A stretch of 32,000 nt of DNA, taken from Dickeya solani IPO 2222 (lineage in GTDB: Bacteria; Pseudomonadota; Gammaproteobacteria; Enterobacterales; Enterobacteriaceae). Positions 1 to 8,747 of this stretch are shown one piece after another. Each line of letters begins with the position of its first letter. The first letter of the stretch is position 1. The DNA is taken from the NCBI RefSeq assembly GCF_001644705.1, contig NZ_CP015137.1:4470001-4502000 (forward strand), written 5' to 3'. Made by a program: the position numbers and the translations under genes. The notes beneath the pieces were generated by a model that saw only the letters and a program-made list of their open reading frames with translations, ran no database searches and was not told the origin of the DNA.

Positions 1-340
1 GGTGTGTTCCTTTGCGTACCACCCAGTCTATCGCCTGTTGATTCAGCCGGGGATGGAAATCGGCGCCGGGCGAACCCTGTACGCAATGCACCGGCCACCA
101 AATCTGTGGTAAGCCGTCCAATTCGCCCAGATCACCTACCTGGGTGCCGGAATTGACGGCAAAACTGCGATGATCCGCCGGATGCCAATCCTGGCAGGCA
201 ATGACCATTACCCCGGCCTGCTGGCAAGCGGCGATAGCCTGATTCGCCACCGCGACCACGCTATCGCCGTCCGAGACGGCCAGGGCGCCGCCCGCACAGA
301 AGTCGTTCTGGAGATCCACCAGTAAGAGTGCTCTGTTCAT
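1..340 (-). CDS. pncA: Nicotinamidase/pyrazinamidase, N-terminal part only (gene runs off the left edge)
   Basis: Absent from the ORF track because no stop lies in the window. Reverse complement from the ATG (comp. 338-340) reads MNRALLLVDLQNDFCAGGALAVSDGDSVVAVANQAIAACQQAG...QDWHPADHRSFA...GLPQIWWPVHCVQGSPGADFHP. This is collinear with E. coli PncA (LLLVDLQNDFCAGGALAV, DWHP, HCVQ). It lies directly downstream of ansA, as in E. coli. Confidence 0.9.
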   Translation of the reverse strand, partial: MNRALLLVDLQNDFCAGGALAVSDGDSVVAVANQAIAACQQAGVMVIACQDWHPADHRSFAVNSGTQVGDLGELDGLPQIWWPVHCVQGSPGADFHPRLNQQAIDWVVRKGTH

Positions 341-400
341 ATTGTGGTCTTCTTATTACTATTTTTATGTTCTGGATGCTGTGTATTGGTTGCAGGCGAT

Positions 401-1420
401 TTAATCTTTATCGCTCAGTTCTCCGCGCAGGTTTTGCTGCATTAACTGGCGAATCTGGTCAGGGGAAAGATCGTTCCTGCTTAACAGATAATGCAGTTTC
501 GTCAGTGCCGCTTCAACCGTCATATCATACCCGCTGATGACGCCAGCCTGCGCCAGCGCATTACCGGTAGCGTAGCCGTCCATGTTGACCCGCCCGGAAA
601 TGCATTGCGTCAGGTTAACCACCACGATGCCGCGTTCGGAAGCGCGCCGCAGTTCATCAAGCAGGCCCGAACTTTGGGGCGCGTTGCCGACTCCATACGA
701 ACGCAGAATCAGCGCTTTTACCGGCTGAAGCAGGAAATTGCTTACCACATCGGCAGAGATGCCGGGATAGATCGTCACCACGCCGATCGGCTGCGGCGTA
801 ATGGCATGCACGATCAGCGGCCCGCTAATCGGGTCGGGGTTGGCTGGCGTCAGGCGGCGGATGTGGATACCCGCTTCCAGCAGCGGCGGAAAATTCGGCG
901 AGGCAAAGGCGTCAAAGCCGTCGGCGTGTGCTTTAGTGGTGCGGTTGCCGCGCAGCAGTTTGTTGTTGAAGAACAGGCTGACTTCGTTGACCGGGTGATT
1001 GGCCGCCACGTACAGCGCATTGAGTAGGTTGGTTTGCCCATCTGAGCGCAGTTCCGCCAGCGGAATTTGTGACCCTGTCACAATAACCGGTTTGGACAGA
1101 TCCTCCAGCATGAAAGACAAGGCGGAAGCAGTGAATGCCATGGTGTCGGTGCCATGCAGAATCACGAAACCATCGTACTGGTCATAGTGTTGCTGGATGT
1201 CATCCGCAATCGATTGCCAGTCAGACGGCGTCATATCGGATGAGTCGATCAGCGGCGTATATTCGTGAATAGTGAACGAGGGCATCTCCGGACGATGAAA
1301 TTCCGGCATCTGCGCCAGCTGTTGTTGCAGGTGGCCGGAAACCGGAATGTAACCGTGGGCGGAGCGCTGCATGCCGATAGTACCGCCGGTATAGGCGACA
1401 TAAATGGATTTCTTTTGCAT
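401..1420 (-). CDS. ansA: Cytoplasmic L-asparaginase I
   Basis: ORF 401..1441 trimmed to the ATG at comp. 1418-1420. The product MQKKSIYVAYTGGTIGMQRS... is collinear end to end with E. coli AnsA, including the TGGTIG and HGTDT motifs. Confidence 0.95.
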   Translation of the reverse strand: MQKKSIYVAYTGGTIGMQRSAHGYIPVSGHLQQQLAQMPEFHRPEMPSFTIHEYTPLIDSSDMTPSDWQSIADDIQQHYDQYDGFVILHGTDTMAFTASALSFMLEDLSKPVIVTGSQIPLAELRSDGQTNLLNALYVAANHPVNEVSLFFNNKLLRGNRTTKAHADGFDAFASPNFPPLLEAGIHIRRLTPANPDPISGPLIVHAITPQPIGVVTIYPGISADVVSNFLLQPVKALILRSYGVGNAPQSSGLLDELRRASERGIVVVNLTQCISGRVNMDGYATGNALAQAGVISGYDMTVEAALTKLHYLLSRNDLSPDQIRQLMQQNLRGELSDKD

Positions 1421-1497
1421 GGATAGTCTGGGTCGGGACACTGTTGGTTAGAGAAAAGGTTAGCCGTGAAAGGCAGGGATTATAAAAAGGTTTCGGC

Positions 1498-1528
1498 GCT
1501 AAAAACAGCCCGGCTGAGCCGGGCTGTT
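1498..1528 (-). terminator. Rho-independent terminator downstream of sppA
   Basis: Perfect GC-rich stem acagcccggc (1505-1514) / gccgggctgt (1518-1527). On the minus strand it is followed by a T run (plus-strand aaaaa at 1501-1505). It starts about 10 nt after the sppA stop. Confidence 0.8.
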
Positions 1529-1538
1529 CAGGGAGACG

Positions 1539-3389
1539 TTAACGCACGTCGCCGCAATTCAGACACAGCGCATAACGGTTTTGAGGATCGTTCAACGCGT
1601 CCAGCACCGACGTTTGCGCGCGAACCGTCTGCGCCAACTGAGCCACCGGTGCCGGCACCATAGCCTGCAACGCGGAAGGCAGCATGGCGTAAACCGAGCT
1701 TCTGACCTGATTGAACATCGCACTGAGCAGGTCCGGCTCTCCGGAATACCAGCTCAATTGATAATGTTCCAGCTTGGCCAGTTCCGCCGCTTTCTTCACG
1801 GCGTCGTCAAAGTCGCCCAGTTGGTCCACCAGTCCGTTGGCTTTGGCATCGCTGCCGACCCAGACATGCCCTTGCGCGATCTCATCCACTTCCTGCGGCG
1901 TTTTCTTGCGAGACTCCGCCACCAGTGAAATAAAGTTCTGATAACCGCGCTCGATATTGAGTTGCATCAGTTGGCTGGCTTCGGTCGGCAAGGCCTTGGT
2001 CTGGGACAGCGCGGCCAGCGGAGAGGTGGCGACGCCGTCGGTGTGTACGCCGATGCTGTCCAGCGAATTTTCGAAGGTGGTGACAACGCCGAAAATCCCG
2101 ATCGAGCCGGTCAGGGTGCTGGGACTGGCGATGATGGTGTTGGCCGGCGTGGAAATCCAGTAACCGCCGGAAGCCGCCATGCCACCCATGGAAACCACCA
2201 CCGGTTTGCCTGCCTGTCTCGCCGCTGCCAGCTCCGAACGAATCAGCTCAGAGGCGGTGACGCTACCGCCGGGGCTGTTCACCCGCAGAATGATGGCTTT
2301 GACTTTCGGGTCCAGACGGGCGTCGCGGATTTGCGCCGCTGTGGTATCGCCGCCGACATACCCCGGGGTTTCCTTGCCGTCGACGATGGTGCCGTTGGCA
2401 AACACCACGGCGATTTCGTTGGCGTTGGTAGCCGGTGGGGTCGGCGCGTAATCATAGATGCTGGTGAAATTGAAGTTTTTGTTCTTGGCGTCCCACCCGA
2501 AGGCTTTGATGAACGCCTGCTCAATCACCGAACGGGAGGCGATTTCGTCCACCAGCTTGTTTTCCAACGCATAACGGGCGGTGTCGCCATCCAGCGTTCG
2601 CAGGCCGGCGAGCAGGTTTTCGGCGCCGGGGAACAGCTGTTGTGGCGTGATCTGGCGGTTGGCCGCCACCGTATCGAGATAATGCTGCCACAGGGTGGAA
2701 ATCCAACGGCTATCGGCTTCACGGGCAGCCGGCGACATGTCGTCGCGGATGAACGGTTCGACCGCTGACTTGTAAGTACCGACGCGGAAGATGTGCGTGG
2801 TGACTTTCAGCTTGTCCAGCAGCGTTTTGTAGTAAAGGTTATTGGTGGCGAAGCCGTGCAGGTCGATATTCCCTTGCGGGGTCAGGTAGATTTTGTTGGC
2901 AAAGCTGGCCAGATAGTATTGCGTCTGGTTGAAGTTGTCGCCGACGGCGAAAATCGGTTTGCCGGCATCGCGGAATTCCCGCAGCGCCTTGCCGATGTAT
3001 TGCAGCGAAGGCTGATCCGCGCTGACAAAATCGGACAGATCCATCACCATGCCGGTAATGTTGCTGTCGTCTTTGGCCTGACGGATGCTGTCGACAATAT
3101 CAAACAACGCATTTTCCTGATGACGGCTGGCGGACACGCCGAAGAACTCCCGTCCGAACTGACGCAGTTTATTGTTGACGGACGGTTTATCCACCACCAC
3201 GCCCGTCAGATCCAGCAGTAACGCTCCTCGCGTAGGCTCAGCCTGCGGGGTTTTTAGCTGGCTATAGACCCCGATGCCGACCAGGATCAAAAACACCAGA
3301 AAAAGGTTGAGGATAAATTCGCGGATAAAATTCAGCAGGCGCCACCCCCACTTGAATATTCCACTGAAAATTCGCCACATTGTGCGCAT
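1539..3389 (-). CDS. sppA: Signal peptide peptidase A (protease IV)
   Basis: The 618-aa ORF is collinear with E. coli SppA (MRTLWRF..., SMGGMAASGGYWIS, C-terminal DPQNRYA.CL.C). Start set to the ATG at comp. 3387-3389 (MRTMWRIF) because GGAG lies 5 nt upstream. The GTG at 3395 is the track start and is less likely. Confidence 0.93.
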   Translation of the reverse strand: MRTMWRIFSGIFKWGWRLLNFIREFILNLFLVFLILVGIGVYSQLKTPQAEPTRGALLLDLTGVVVDKPSVNNKLRQFGREFFGVSASRHQENALFDIVDSIRQAKDDSNITGMVMDLSDFVSADQPSLQYIGKALREFRDAGKPIFAVGDNFNQTQYYLASFANKIYLTPQGNIDLHGFATNNLYYKTLLDKLKVTTHIFRVGTYKSAVEPFIRDDMSPAAREADSRWISTLWQHYLDTVAANRQITPQQLFPGAENLLAGLRTLDGDTARYALENKLVDEIASRSVIEQAFIKAFGWDAKNKNFNFTSIYDYAPTPPATNANEIAVVFANGTIVDGKETPGYVGGDTTAAQIRDARLDPKVKAIILRVNSPGGSVTASELIRSELAAARQAGKPVVVSMGGMAASGGYWISTPANTIIASPSTLTGSIGIFGVVTTFENSLDSIGVHTDGVATSPLAALSQTKALPTEASQLMQLNIERGYQNFISLVAESRKKTPQEVDEIAQGHVWVGSDAKANGLVDQLGDFDDAVKKAAELAKLEHYQLSWYSGEPDLLSAMFNQVRSSVYAMLPSALQAMVPAPVAQLAQTVRAQTSVLDALNDPQNRYALCLNCGDVR

Positions 3390-3655
3390 GTCCACTCCGT
3401 CAAAAGAAAACTGGGTTTAAGCAGCACCCTGTGTTTGCCGGGTGATGGTCGCCGCCCAAAATGTATCGGCGCTCATCGCCCGCACGCAGGGCACTGGCGG
3501 TATCCTAATGAGCGACAGGATAAAAGTCAGCTATTTATCTTGTCACAGGGTTGGCGGCAGGGCGCTAACTTGTAACAAATCTTCTACCTGTGCTACCGTG
3601 GCGCGCAACCGGATCTTATTCACCGACAGCAGATTTTCATGACAGGAGAGATGTG

Positions 3656-4207
3656 ATGGATGCTCTGGAATTGCTACTGAATCGTCGTTCGGCGTCCCGT
3701 CTGGCGGCACCTGCGCCGGCGGGCGACGTGCTGGAGAATATTCTGCGTGCGGGCCTGCGGGCTCCGGACCATGGCGCGCTGCAACCGTGGCGTTTCTCCA
3801 TTATCCAGGATGAGGGGTTATCCCGCTTCAGCGATCTGTTGGTCAAGGCGGCATTGCAGGATAATCTGGACGAGGCTGCCGTCGAAAAAGCGCGTCAGGC
3901 GCCATTCCGCGCCCCGATGATCATTACTGTGGTGGCGCACTGCGAAGAAAACCAGAAGGTCCCGCATTGGGAGCAGTTGGTGTCTGCCGGCTGTGCGGTG
4001 CAGGCCATGCAAATGGCGGCGCTGGCGCAGGGGTTCAACGGTATCTGGCGCAGCGGCGCCTGGACTCACCATCCGCTGGTGCGTGACGCGTTTGGCTGCC
4101 GTGCGCAGGATGAAATTGTCGGTTTCCTTTATTTAGGGACGCCTCAGCTTAAAGCCTCCGCCGCGATCACGCCCGTTGATAGCGCGAAGTTTGTCAGCTA
4201 TTTCTAA
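3656..4207 (+). CDS. ydjA: NAD(P)H nitroreductase family protein YdjA
   Basis: ORF 3590..4207 trimmed to the ATG at 3656, preceded by AGGAGAG at 3644-3650. The 183-aa product [16 protein letters not shown]...[13 protein letters not shown] matches E. coli YdjA in length and sequence. Confidence 0.92.
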   Translation: MDALELLLNRRSASRLAAPAPAGDVLENILRAGLRAPDHGALQPWRFSIIQDEGLSRFSDLLVKAALQDNLDEAAVEKARQAPFRAPMIITVVAHCEENQKVPHWEQLVSAGCAVQAMQMAALAQGFNGIWRSGAWTHHPLVRDAFGCRAQDEIVGFLYLGTPQLKASAAITPVDSAKFVSYF

Positions 4208-4230
4208 TTTCTGTAGTGACGATGTTTCCC

Positions 4231-4262
4231 CTGATTCGCGCTCCTGACGGGGCGCGAATCAG
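4231..4262 (+). terminator. Stem-loop between ydjA and topB (possible weak terminator or attenuator)
   Basis: An 11-bp perfect stem ctgattcgcgc (4231-4241) / gcgcgaatcag (4252-4262). No T run follows, so terminator function is uncertain. Confidence 0.35.
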
Positions 4263-4291
4263 TAAATATCCGTTCTGCCTTGCGGTGTGAC

Positions 4292-6217
4292 ATGCGACTG
4301 TTTATTGCGGAAAAACCCAGTCTTGCCAGAGCCATTGCCGATGTGCTGCCCAAACCGCAGCGGCGCAGCGATGGCTTTATTGCCTGTGGCGAACAGGATG
4401 TCGTGACCTGGTGTGTGGGGCACCTGCTGGAACAGGCGCAACCGGATGTGTACGACGCCCGTTATGCGCGCTGGTCGCTGGCGGATCTGCCGATTGTGCC
4501 GCAGAAGTGGCTGCTGCAGCCGCGCCCCTCTGTCAGCAAACAGCTGAATGTTATCAAAAAACTGCTGACTCAGGCGGATGAAATCATTCATGCCGGCGAC
4601 CCGGATCGGGAAGGGCAGTTACTGGTGGACGAAGTGCTGGAGTATCTGTCGCTGCCGGAAGAAAAGCGTCAGCAGGTGAGTCGTTGTCTGATCAACGACC
4701 TGAATCCGCAGGCGGTGGAGCGGGCGGTGTCACGCATGCGTGAAAACCGGGAGTTCGTTCCGCTGTGCGTCTCCGCGCTGGCCCGTTCGCGCGCCGACTG
4801 GTTGTACGGCATCAACATGACCCGGGCTTATACCCTGCTGGGGCGAAACGCCGGCTACGAAGGTGTGCTGTCGGTCGGGCGGGTGCAGACGCCGGTGTTG
4901 GGGCTGGTGGTGCGGCGCGATGAGGAGATCGACAATTTTGTGCCTCGCGACTATTTCGAGGTTAAGGCGCACATCGTCACGCCGGCCAACGAACGGTTTG
5001 TCGCCTTGTGGCAGCCCAGCGAATCCTGTGAGCCGTATCAGGATGAAGATGGGCGTTTACTGCATCGCCCGCTGGCCGAACACGTCGTCAAACGCATTGA
5101 AGGGCAACCGGCCTGGGTCACCGCCTATAATGATAAACGGGAATCGGAAACCGCGCCGTTGCCGTACTCGCTTTCCGCTTTGCAGATTGAAGCCGCCAAG
5201 CGCTTTGGCCTTAGCGCCCAGCAGGTGCTGGATGTGTGCCAACGGCTGTATGAAACTCACAAACTGATTACGTATCCGCGTTCGGATTGCCGTTACCTGC
5301 CGGAAGAGCATTTTGCCGGACGACAGGCGGTGTTGAATGCAATTGCGGCGCATCAGCCGGATTTGTTGCCGCAGCCTGCCGTTGATACCGAGCGCCGCAA
5401 CCGCTGCTGGGATGACGGCAAGGTCGATGCCCACCACGCCATTATTCCCACGGCGCGCAGCGCCCGCACCTCGTTGACGGAACATGAAAGCCAGGTCTAT
5501 GGGCTGATTGCCCGGCAATATCTGATGCAGTTTTGCGCGGATGCGGTGTTTCGTAAATGCGTTATCGATCTGGATATCGCCGGCGGCAAGTTTGTCGCTA
5601 AGGCGCGATTTCTGGCTGAGGCAGGCTGGCGGACGCTGCTGGGCAACAAAGAACGGGATGAGGAAAACGAAGGGATGCCGTTGCCGGTGGTGGCGAAAGG
5701 CGATGAACTTCTGTGTGAGCGCGGCGAGGTGGTGGAACGGCAGACTCAGCCGCCCCGGCACTTTACCGATGCGACCTTGTTGTCCGCCATGACCGGTATC
5801 GCACGTTTTGTGCAGGACAAGGCATTGAAGAAAATTCTGCGCGAAACCGACGGGTTGGGCACCGAAGCCACACGTGCAGGCATTATCGAATTACTGTTCA
5901 AACGCGCGTTTCTGGTAAAGAAAGGGCGTTATATTCATTCCACCGAAGCGGGCAAAGCGTTGATCCACGCTTTGCCGCCGATGGCGGCGCACCCGGATAT
6001 GACCGCGCACTGGGAAGCCACACTGACGCAGATCAGCGAAAAACGCTGCCGCTATCAGGATTTCATGCAGCCATTGACCCAGTCGCTGCATGAACTTATT
6101 CAGCAGGCTCGGCAAAGTGGTAATATCACGGCATTCAGAGGATTACCTCCGGTTAAACGCGCTCCGCCCGCCGGGCGGAAACGTCGTCAGCCACGTTCAG
6201 CCAGCACAAAGGAGTAA
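4292..6217 (+). CDS. topB: DNA topoisomerase III
   Basis: ORF 4280..6217 trimmed to the ATG at 4292 ([22 protein letters not shown]...). It is collinear with E. coli TopB through the Toprim and catalytic domains and ends in a basic C-terminal tail. Confidence 0.95.
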   Translation: MRLFIAEKPSLARAIADVLPKPQRRSDGFIACGEQDVVTWCVGHLLEQAQPDVYDARYARWSLADLPIVPQKWLLQPRPSVSKQLNVIKKLLTQADEIIHAGDPDREGQLLVDEVLEYLSLPEEKRQQVSRCLINDLNPQAVERAVSRMRENREFVPLCVSALARSRADWLYGINMTRAYTLLGRNAGYEGVLSVGRVQTPVLGLVVRRDEEIDNFVPRDYFEVKAHIVTPANERFVALWQPSESCEPYQDEDGRLLHRPLAEHVVKRIEGQPAWVTAYNDKRESETAPLPYSLSALQIEAAKRFGLSAQQVLDVCQRLYETHKLITYPRSDCRYLPEEHFAGRQAVLNAIAAHQPDLLPQPAVDTERRNRCWDDGKVDAHHAIIPTARSARTSLTEHESQVYGLIARQYLMQFCADAVFRKCVIDLDIAGGKFVAKARFLAEAGWRTLLGNKERDEENEGMPLPVVAKGDELLCERGEVVERQTQPPRHFTDATLLSAMTGIARFVQDKALKKILRETDGLGTEATRAGIIELLFKRAFLVKKGRYIHSTEAGKALIHALPPMAAHPDMTAHWEATLTQISEKRCRYQDFMQPLTQSLHELIQQARQSGNITAFRGLPPVKRAPPAGRKRRQPRSASTKE

Positions 6218-6222
6218 CGCAG

Positions 6223-6624
6223 ATGAAAGCATGGGGCACCTTCCTGATGGCAACAGGTCTGTTGTTATCTTCCGCTGCGCAGGCGGCGACGCAAACCACG
6301 GTGATTACGCAAGGGAATCCGGTGGTACTACCGGGCAATACCAGCAGTACCCACGGTACGGTATCCACAACACAGGGGAGCACCAACACTGACGTAGTCG
6401 TGCCGGTGCCTCCCCAGGTGATCTGGGGAAACGGTAATGGCGGCAACGTACAGCGTGAAACCCAGGTTAATTGCATGAGTTGCTGCGTTTACCAGAACAG
6501 AAACTACTCTGAAGGCTCGGTGGTCAGGGCGGAAGGGGTGTTGCTGCAATGTCAGCGTGACAAGGGCAATCTCGGCACCAACAATCTGGTGTGGCGCATC
6601 ATCAAAGACCAGCAGCAAGAGTAA
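6223..6624 (+). CDS. ynjH: Secreted cysteine-containing DUF1496 / YnjH-like protein
   Basis: N-terminal signal peptide MKAWGTFLMATGLLLSSAAQA|AT. The C-terminal block CCVYQNRNYSEGSVVRAEGVLLQCQRD...LVWR matches my recollection of E. coli YnjH (CCVYQDQNYSEGAVIKAEGILLQCQRD). AAGGAG lies 8 nt upstream, inside the end of topB. Confidence 0.7.
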   Translation: MKAWGTFLMATGLLLSSAAQAATQTTVITQGNPVVLPGNTSSTHGTVSTTQGSTNTDVVVPVPPQVIWGNGNGGNVQRETQVNCMSCCVYQNRNYSEGSVVRAEGVLLQCQRDKGNLGTNNLVWRIIKDQQQE

Positions 6625-6633
6625 GTGGTGATG

Positions 6634-6653
6634 CGGGGCTGAGGACAGCCCCG
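6634..6653. terminator. Hairpin between convergent ynjH-like gene and xthA
   Basis: Stem cggggct (6634-6640) / agccccg (6647-6653) with a 6-nt loop, centred in the 38-bp gap between two convergent stops. The flanking T/A runs are weak. Confidence 0.35.
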
Positions 6654-6662
6654 TTCACGTCA

Positions 6663-7469
6663 TCAGAGTGTGAATTCCGCCCATACCGGGGCATGGTCGG
6701 AAGGTTTCTCCATTCCGCGGATAGCATAATCAATGCCGGTGGCCGCGCAGCGGCTGGCCAGTGGTGCGGTGGCCATAATCAGGTCGATGCGCAGGCCGCG
6801 GTTGTCGTCAAACCCGGCCGAACGGTAATCAAACCACGAAAACCGGTCCTGACACTCGGGGTTGGCGGCGCGGAAGGTATCGACCAGTCCCCAGTTCTTC
6901 AGCCGTTCCATCCATTCACGTTCTTCCGGCAGAAATGAGCATTTGCCGGTGCGCAGCCAGCGCTTACGATTGTCCTCGCCAATACCGATATCCAGATCGG
7001 TCGGGCTGATGTTCATGTCACCCATAATCAGCACGGGCTGGTCCGCCTGATGGTGCTGTTCAAGATAATGCTGCAAATCCTGATAGAAACGGGTCTTGGC
7101 CGGGAATTTCACCGCGTGGTCGCGGCTTTCGCCTTGCGGAAAATAGCCGTTGACCACGGTCAGCGTACCGAGCGGCGTCGCCAGGTCCGCCATGATGATA
7201 CGGCGCTGGGCGTCTTCTTCGTCAGTGGGGAATCCGCGCCGAACCGCCAGCGGCTCGGCTTTGGTCAGCAGCGCAACGCCGTAATGGCCTTTCTGTCCGT
7301 GGTAGAAGACGTGATAGCCAAATTGTTTCACCTCGTCGAGCGGAAACATATCGTCATGGACTTTAGTTTCCTGCAGACCGATCACATCAGGCTGATGTTG
7401 TTCGATGATTGCGGCCAACTGGTGTGGTCGGGCGCGCAGCCCGTTGATATTGAAAGAAACAAACTTCAT
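6663..7469 (-). CDS. xthA: Exodeoxyribonuclease III
   Basis: The 268-aa product [18 protein letters not shown]...GLQETKVHD...SDHAPVWA has the same length as E. coli XthA and is near-identical in its motifs. Confidence 0.96.
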   Translation of the reverse strand: MKFVSFNINGLRARPHQLAAIIEQHQPDVIGLQETKVHDDMFPLDEVKQFGYHVFYHGQKGHYGVALLTKAEPLAVRRGFPTDEEDAQRRIIMADLATPLGTLTVVNGYFPQGESRDHAVKFPAKTRFYQDLQHYLEQHHQADQPVLIMGDMNISPTDLDIGIGEDNRKRWLRTGKCSFLPEEREWMERLKNWGLVDTFRAANPECQDRFSWFDYRSAGFDDNRGLRIDLIMATAPLASRCAATGIDYAIRGMEKPSDHAPVWAEFTL

Positions 7470-7579
7470 GTTCGCTGCCGTTGTTAAAAAAACGTGCTCT
7501 GATGGTAGCAGAAAGACGGGAGTCGAGTCACGGCGGCTATGCTGCTGTATCAGCAGTCATAACTATCGATGATGGCTGG

Positions 7580-7608
7580 TTGAACCGGGCGATGATAGCC
7601 CGTATACT
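7580..7608 (+). promoter_or_regulatory. Sigma70-type promoter for the riboswitch/UPF0126 transcript
   Basis: TTGAAC (7580-7585), an exact 17-nt spacer, then TATACT (7603-7608). The predicted start near 7615 falls just before the first aptamer P1. Confidence 0.6.
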
Positions 7609-7614
7609 CCGCGG

Positions 7615-7790
7615 CTTGCAGGAGAGCGGAAGACCACGTTCTTCCCGCCGAAGGCGCAAACTCCCATAATCGCTCAGGCTACCTTACTGCACATTTCTAT
7701 GACGCCAACTGGAGAGCGGTTGCCAGACAACCCACCGAAGGGGCAAGCGGTTTTACCGCGTAAACTCTCAGGTAAAAGGACAGAGGGAGG
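7615..7790 (+). promoter_or_regulatory. Tandem glycine riboswitch (two aptamers)
   Basis: Aptamer 2 is canonical. It has GGAGAG (7711-7716), a P2 hairpin ggttg/caacc (7718-7732), CACCGAAGGGGCAA (7733-7746), a P3b hairpin gcgg/ccgc (7747-7759) and CTCTCAGGTAAAAGGAC (7765-7781). Aptamer 1 has GGAGAG (7621-7626), P2 ggaaga/tcttcc (7628-7645), CGCCGAAGGCGCAA (7646-7659), CGCTCAGGC (7671-7679) and P1 tgca/tgca (7617-7620 / 7688-7691). Its 3' part is divergent. Confidence 0.85.
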
Positions 7791-7814
7791 GGCACATTTC
7801 ACAAGGGTACGTGT

Positions 7815-8435
7815 GTGCTGACCTATATCTATCTGATCGCTATTACCGCTGAGGGTATGTCCGGTGCGCTGGCCGCGGGCCGCCGCAACATGGACATCTT
7901 CGGTGTTTCGATGATCGCTTTTATTACCGCGCTGGGCGGCGGTACGGTGCGCGATATTCTACTGGGTAACTATCCCATCGTCTGGACTCAGCATCCTGTT
8001 TATATCTACCTCACGATTAGCGCCGGACTGCTGGCGGTGCTGGCTGCGCGCGTGATGCACCATCTTCACCGACTGTTTCTGGTACTGGACGCGATGGGGC
8101 TGGTGGCATTCACCATTATCGGTTGCAATGTGGCGATTGAACTGGGGTATTCGCCGACCGTGGTGGTGATGGCGGGGATTACCACCGGTATCTTCGGCGG
8201 GATTTTGCGGGATATCTTCTGCAACCGGACGCCAATGGTGCTACGCAAAGAGCTGTATGCCTGCGTTTCATTGCTGGTGGCGCTGGTTTACCTTGGCCTG
8301 CGCGAAATCGGCATCAACCACGATCTCAACCAGCTGATCTCTTTCTCTATCGGGTTATCGCTGCGTCTGGCCGCTATTTTCTGGTCCTGGCAATTGCCGG
8401 TATTCAGCTATATGCCGGAACGCTGGAAAGAGTAA
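7815..8435 (+). CDS. UPF0126 / YicG-YadS family (TRIC-like, putative glycine transporter) inner-membrane protein
   Basis: The 206-aa multi-pass hydrophobic protein carries the duplicated glycine-rich motifs ALGGGTVRDIL and GIFGGILRDIF. Its N-terminus MLTYIYLIAITAEGMSGALAAGRRNMD aligns with my recollection of E. coli YicG. GTG start at 7815 with AAGGG 7 nt upstream. Confidence 0.88.
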   Translation: MLTYIYLIAITAEGMSGALAAGRRNMDIFGVSMIAFITALGGGTVRDILLGNYPIVWTQHPVYIYLTISAGLLAVLAARVMHHLHRLFLVLDAMGLVAFTIIGCNVAIELGYSPTVVVMAGITTGIFGGILRDIFCNRTPMVLRKELYACVSLLVALVYLGLREIGINHDLNQLISFSIGLSLRLAAIFWSWQLPVFSYMPERWKE

Positions 8436-8626
8436 TCACCTTACCTGACCCGTACTATCACTATGACACCGGTAGGTGAATATCGCAGAGTCATTGCGGC
8501 GATTTTTCATGGTGCGACAGGAGAGAGTATGGCGATATCACAGTGTGCTTTTTTACTGCGGTTTTGGGTGATTTTTATTTGATGGCAGTGCGATGTGGCA
8601 ACAACATGTCGTAGCGACTTGAGAGA

Positions 8627-8711
<85 letters not shown>

Positions 8712-8747
8712 ACTGGCCTGATTGCTCTTTCGTATCGAGCGGGGCGC

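Noticed and set aside
1962-2768. 268-aa plus-strand ORF, plus other antisense ORFs such as 5057-5761, 10908-11537, 22119-22784 and 24623-25315
   Set aside because: All are embedded antisense or out of frame within strongly supported genes (sppA, topB, rssA/rssB, oppB, oppD/oppF). They show biased Arg/Gly/Pro composition.
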